Shown: one piece after another, positions 61,603 through 64,000 of the stretch
How positions within the stretch are numbered: position 1 is the stretch's first letter
How the letters are laid out: every line of letters begins with the position of its first letter
Assembly: GCF_902713615.1 (NCBI RefSeq)
Contig: NC_052160.1
Location: forward strand, 117,034,708 to 117,098,707
Origin: Scyliorhinus canicula
Lineage: Eukaryota
Length of the DNA stretch: 64,000 nucleotides
Direction: 5' to 3'
The notes under the pieces: model-generated
Database searches by the model: none
Seen by the model: only the letters and a program-made list of their open reading frames with translations
What the model was told of the DNA's origin: nothing
Position numbers and translations under genes: made by a program

Positions 61603-62170
61603 GGACTGGATTCTCCGGAAATGAGACTATGTCCCCACGCTGGTGCAAAAACGGTCCTATTAAAAAGTTGGACTAATTCAATGACCTGCAGGGGGCTAGT
61701 ACGGACCCGCAGCTTTAACTGCGCATCTGGGCCGCCGCACTTCCAGCGGCCGCGCCGAGCACAATGGCGGCCTTGGACCGCGGAGCCAGACAGAGAAATG
61801 AGACCTCCCACCCCCCCGATCTGCCGCATGCCCAAGCCTGAAACAGAGCAGATGTAACCCCCGGCTGCCTATAAGGGCTCCCTTGGCCTCGGATACCCCC
61901 GCCCAGACCAGGGCGACCGTGGAGTGAGTCAGCAGCCGCCACGCCAGAATCCCGACCGGCCATCGAGAACTCAGCCGGTTGGGAGCGGAGGATTGCCGGG
62001 CGGGCCTCTGGCAATGGCCCCCCGGCGACGTGGCGTACTTCGCGGTCAAGCCGATTTCCGGGGCCTGGAGAATCGCTGGATCGGCGCCGGGCCCGATTAT
62101 GGTGTGAAAGTGGATTCTCTGCCCCCACACCAGCCGCAATTTTGGTGCAGGGCTGCAGAGAATCCAGCCC
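61603..62170. mobile_element. Harbinger-type MITE (~570 bp)
   Basis: TIRs GGACTGGATTCTC / GAGAATCCAGCCC; TSD CAG/CAC. Confidence 0.8.
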
Positions 62171-62679
62171 CACGTGTATGTACTCCAATATTTGGAATGC
62201 AGCATGGACCTTAATAACTATTACTTGTGGGAGTCATTAAGTGAATGTAAGATAAATGGAGGAAAAACACAACTGGATCTCATATCAATAACTATAATTA
62301 GCGATATTTTATAACCAATTCTGTATATATAATATACGTACAGTAATGAAAGAGTATAAAATCCGATTAGTTTCCAATCTTGGCACAAATATTAGTCTCC
62401 CGCTAGAGATGCAAAATGGATTGTGAAATGCTGAATTAATTTTTTTTGATGGGAAGACAGTTTTCCTCTGCCTTCCCAGCTCAGGCTATTATCATGTGGC
62501 CCTATAGAAGGTCAGGAAGGCCTTGGGTTCAAAATGCACACGTGCCTTTTCTGAAGCCAGGGCCACATTGTGAGGAGCACAGGAAAATTGCATTTCCTCC
62601 TGCACACTATTTTTGTCTGCTGGTGTGGGTTATGGAAAGCCTAAAAAAAACACGTTTTAGGGTTTGTGACCTCTGGAGG

Positions 62680-64000
62680 CAGAATGTGTTCAAGTAACAC
62701 TATTTTCTGGTGAAATGTCATGTGACATGTCGTGGAGAGTTTGGCGAGTTCATCGCAGTAATCTGTGGGAGTAATATCTCTCAATAAACTCTGCCTTATG
62801 TTTTTACAAACTTAGAGCACGGCACCTCTACTTGTTTCGTCTTTGCGGACTGACAAGATTTGTGCCAGAAAACTGGCGACGAGAATTCAAGCCATAAGCA
62901 AACATCGACAAAGATTTTGGGCCAGAAGAAGACCATCGTTGAGACTCTGGCTGTAAATCAGTAAGGAGTTTGTGGCAAATACAGTCAACGAGTAAATTGA
63001 TCGACCGTAGCTGCTGCTAGTGCGAAATGAGAGTTTCAAAAATAAATCTGGGCACAACTTTAAACAAAGAATCAAAGTTTCAGGCATAGTTGCTGTTTGC
63101 AGTGGGCAGAAATTGCAGAGACCACACATATGGCACTGTAAACAGGCTGCGGGAATGGGAACCTAGAAGGCTGCCAACTCTGCAACCGACTTCTCGGGAA
63201 CCAATAGTCCAGGCAAGGGAAGAACTACTTTGCATGTGGGTTTGGAGATTGCTTGCTTTGGTAAACAAAATGGAAGGGCGAAAGGCTGGAGAAGTGCAGC
63301 ACAGAGAACCAAGATCCGAAAAATGACAGGAAAAAAATGGCACCATAGATTTGACCAGGTTTGACCGGGATTACAAGACATGGAATTCTTATGAAAAAAG
63401 GTTCCAATTGATTTTTGTAGCAATCTGGAAAACCAACAAACTGTGACTCTTCTCAGCTCAGTTGGGTGAAAAACATTCAAGTTGTTACAAAATCTAGTCC
63501 ACCCAGCTAACCCAGGAGAAAAGACCTACAAAGAGTTCATGACAATCTTGGAAGGACATTTCTCTCCCCGTCCAGCTCAAAATGGCCAGAAGTCACAATC
63601 ATGAAGACAACAGCCACTGAACAAACATGTATATCTGTATAAATAACATAATGGTGCAATGTAATGAATATTGTGTTGGATCTGTTAAAATGTTTAAAAG
63701 GAACGCCATTGACATTAAGAGAGTGAACGGGGGGGGGGGGGGGGGGGGATGTTATGTATTCAAGTAACACTAGAGGTTAGAATATGGGGTCTTCACGTGG
63801 CCAATCACTGGTCACAAGTGTGCAGAGCTAACACAGCTAGATAGGATGGCAGAGGTGCCAGCCCATGGGAGGACAGGGCCACATGCTACCTCTATTTCAA
63901 AAAACCCAAGTGCTCACGTTGAGGATGCAGGCAGGTGAAGAAGGTTGATGGGAATACACCAGGAGATGCTGTCACCCTTGACAACCTAATAGTGAGTTTG
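62680..64000 (+). mobile_element. Decayed, internally deleted Gypsy element (LTR, PBS, gag remnant, PPT, LTR start)
   Basis: AATAAA near 62785; PBS TGGCGACGAG at 62875 (complementary to the tRNA-Ser(GCT) 3' end); gag KLLQNLVHPANPGEKTYKEF..HFSPRP at ~63480-63575; poly-G PPT then TGTTATG at 63750, sharing TTCAAGTAACACTA with ~62690. Confidence 0.7.

Noticed and set aside
541-63748. Long poly-G/poly-C runs as functional signals or real frameshifts
   Set aside because: Mostly homopolymer expansions within TEs; their lengths are prone to slippage and sequencing error

Overview
This is eukaryotic, repeat-dominated vertebrate DNA. The HE1-type V-SINEs, CR1 LINEs with octamer tails, DeuSINE remnants and GGGCGGGATTCTC-ended Harbinger elements point to a cartilaginous fish, probably a catshark-like shark; this is inferred from repeat families only. 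More than half of the window appears to be nested transposable elements. (1) A multi-family PIF/Harbinger system: one near-complete two-gene element at ~49983-56349, with a spliced Myb/SANT-type gene on + and a convergent DDE transposase pseudogene on -, each carrying a G/C-skewed minisatellite in an intron. There are also several decayed Myb or transposase arms and about ten TIR-bounded non-autonomous elements, many with 3-bp TSDs. (2) A near full-length CR1 and many CR1 fragments. (3) Three copies of a young fish-type L1. (4) Gypsy LTR elements and solo LTRs. (5) At least five SINE types that share head, V-domain and tail modules. No host protein-coding gene can be named. Well-formed splice signals suggest a possible minus-strand transcript (23-nt micro-exon 12961-12983 plus a terminal exon starting at 7805). 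An unidentified ~200-bp sequence occurs as a diverged inverted pair (8536-8730 / 13190-13385). I see no rRNA, functional tRNA or CRISPR array. Most long ORFs in the track are minisatellite or shadow artefacts. Boundaries of old, decayed elements are approximate.
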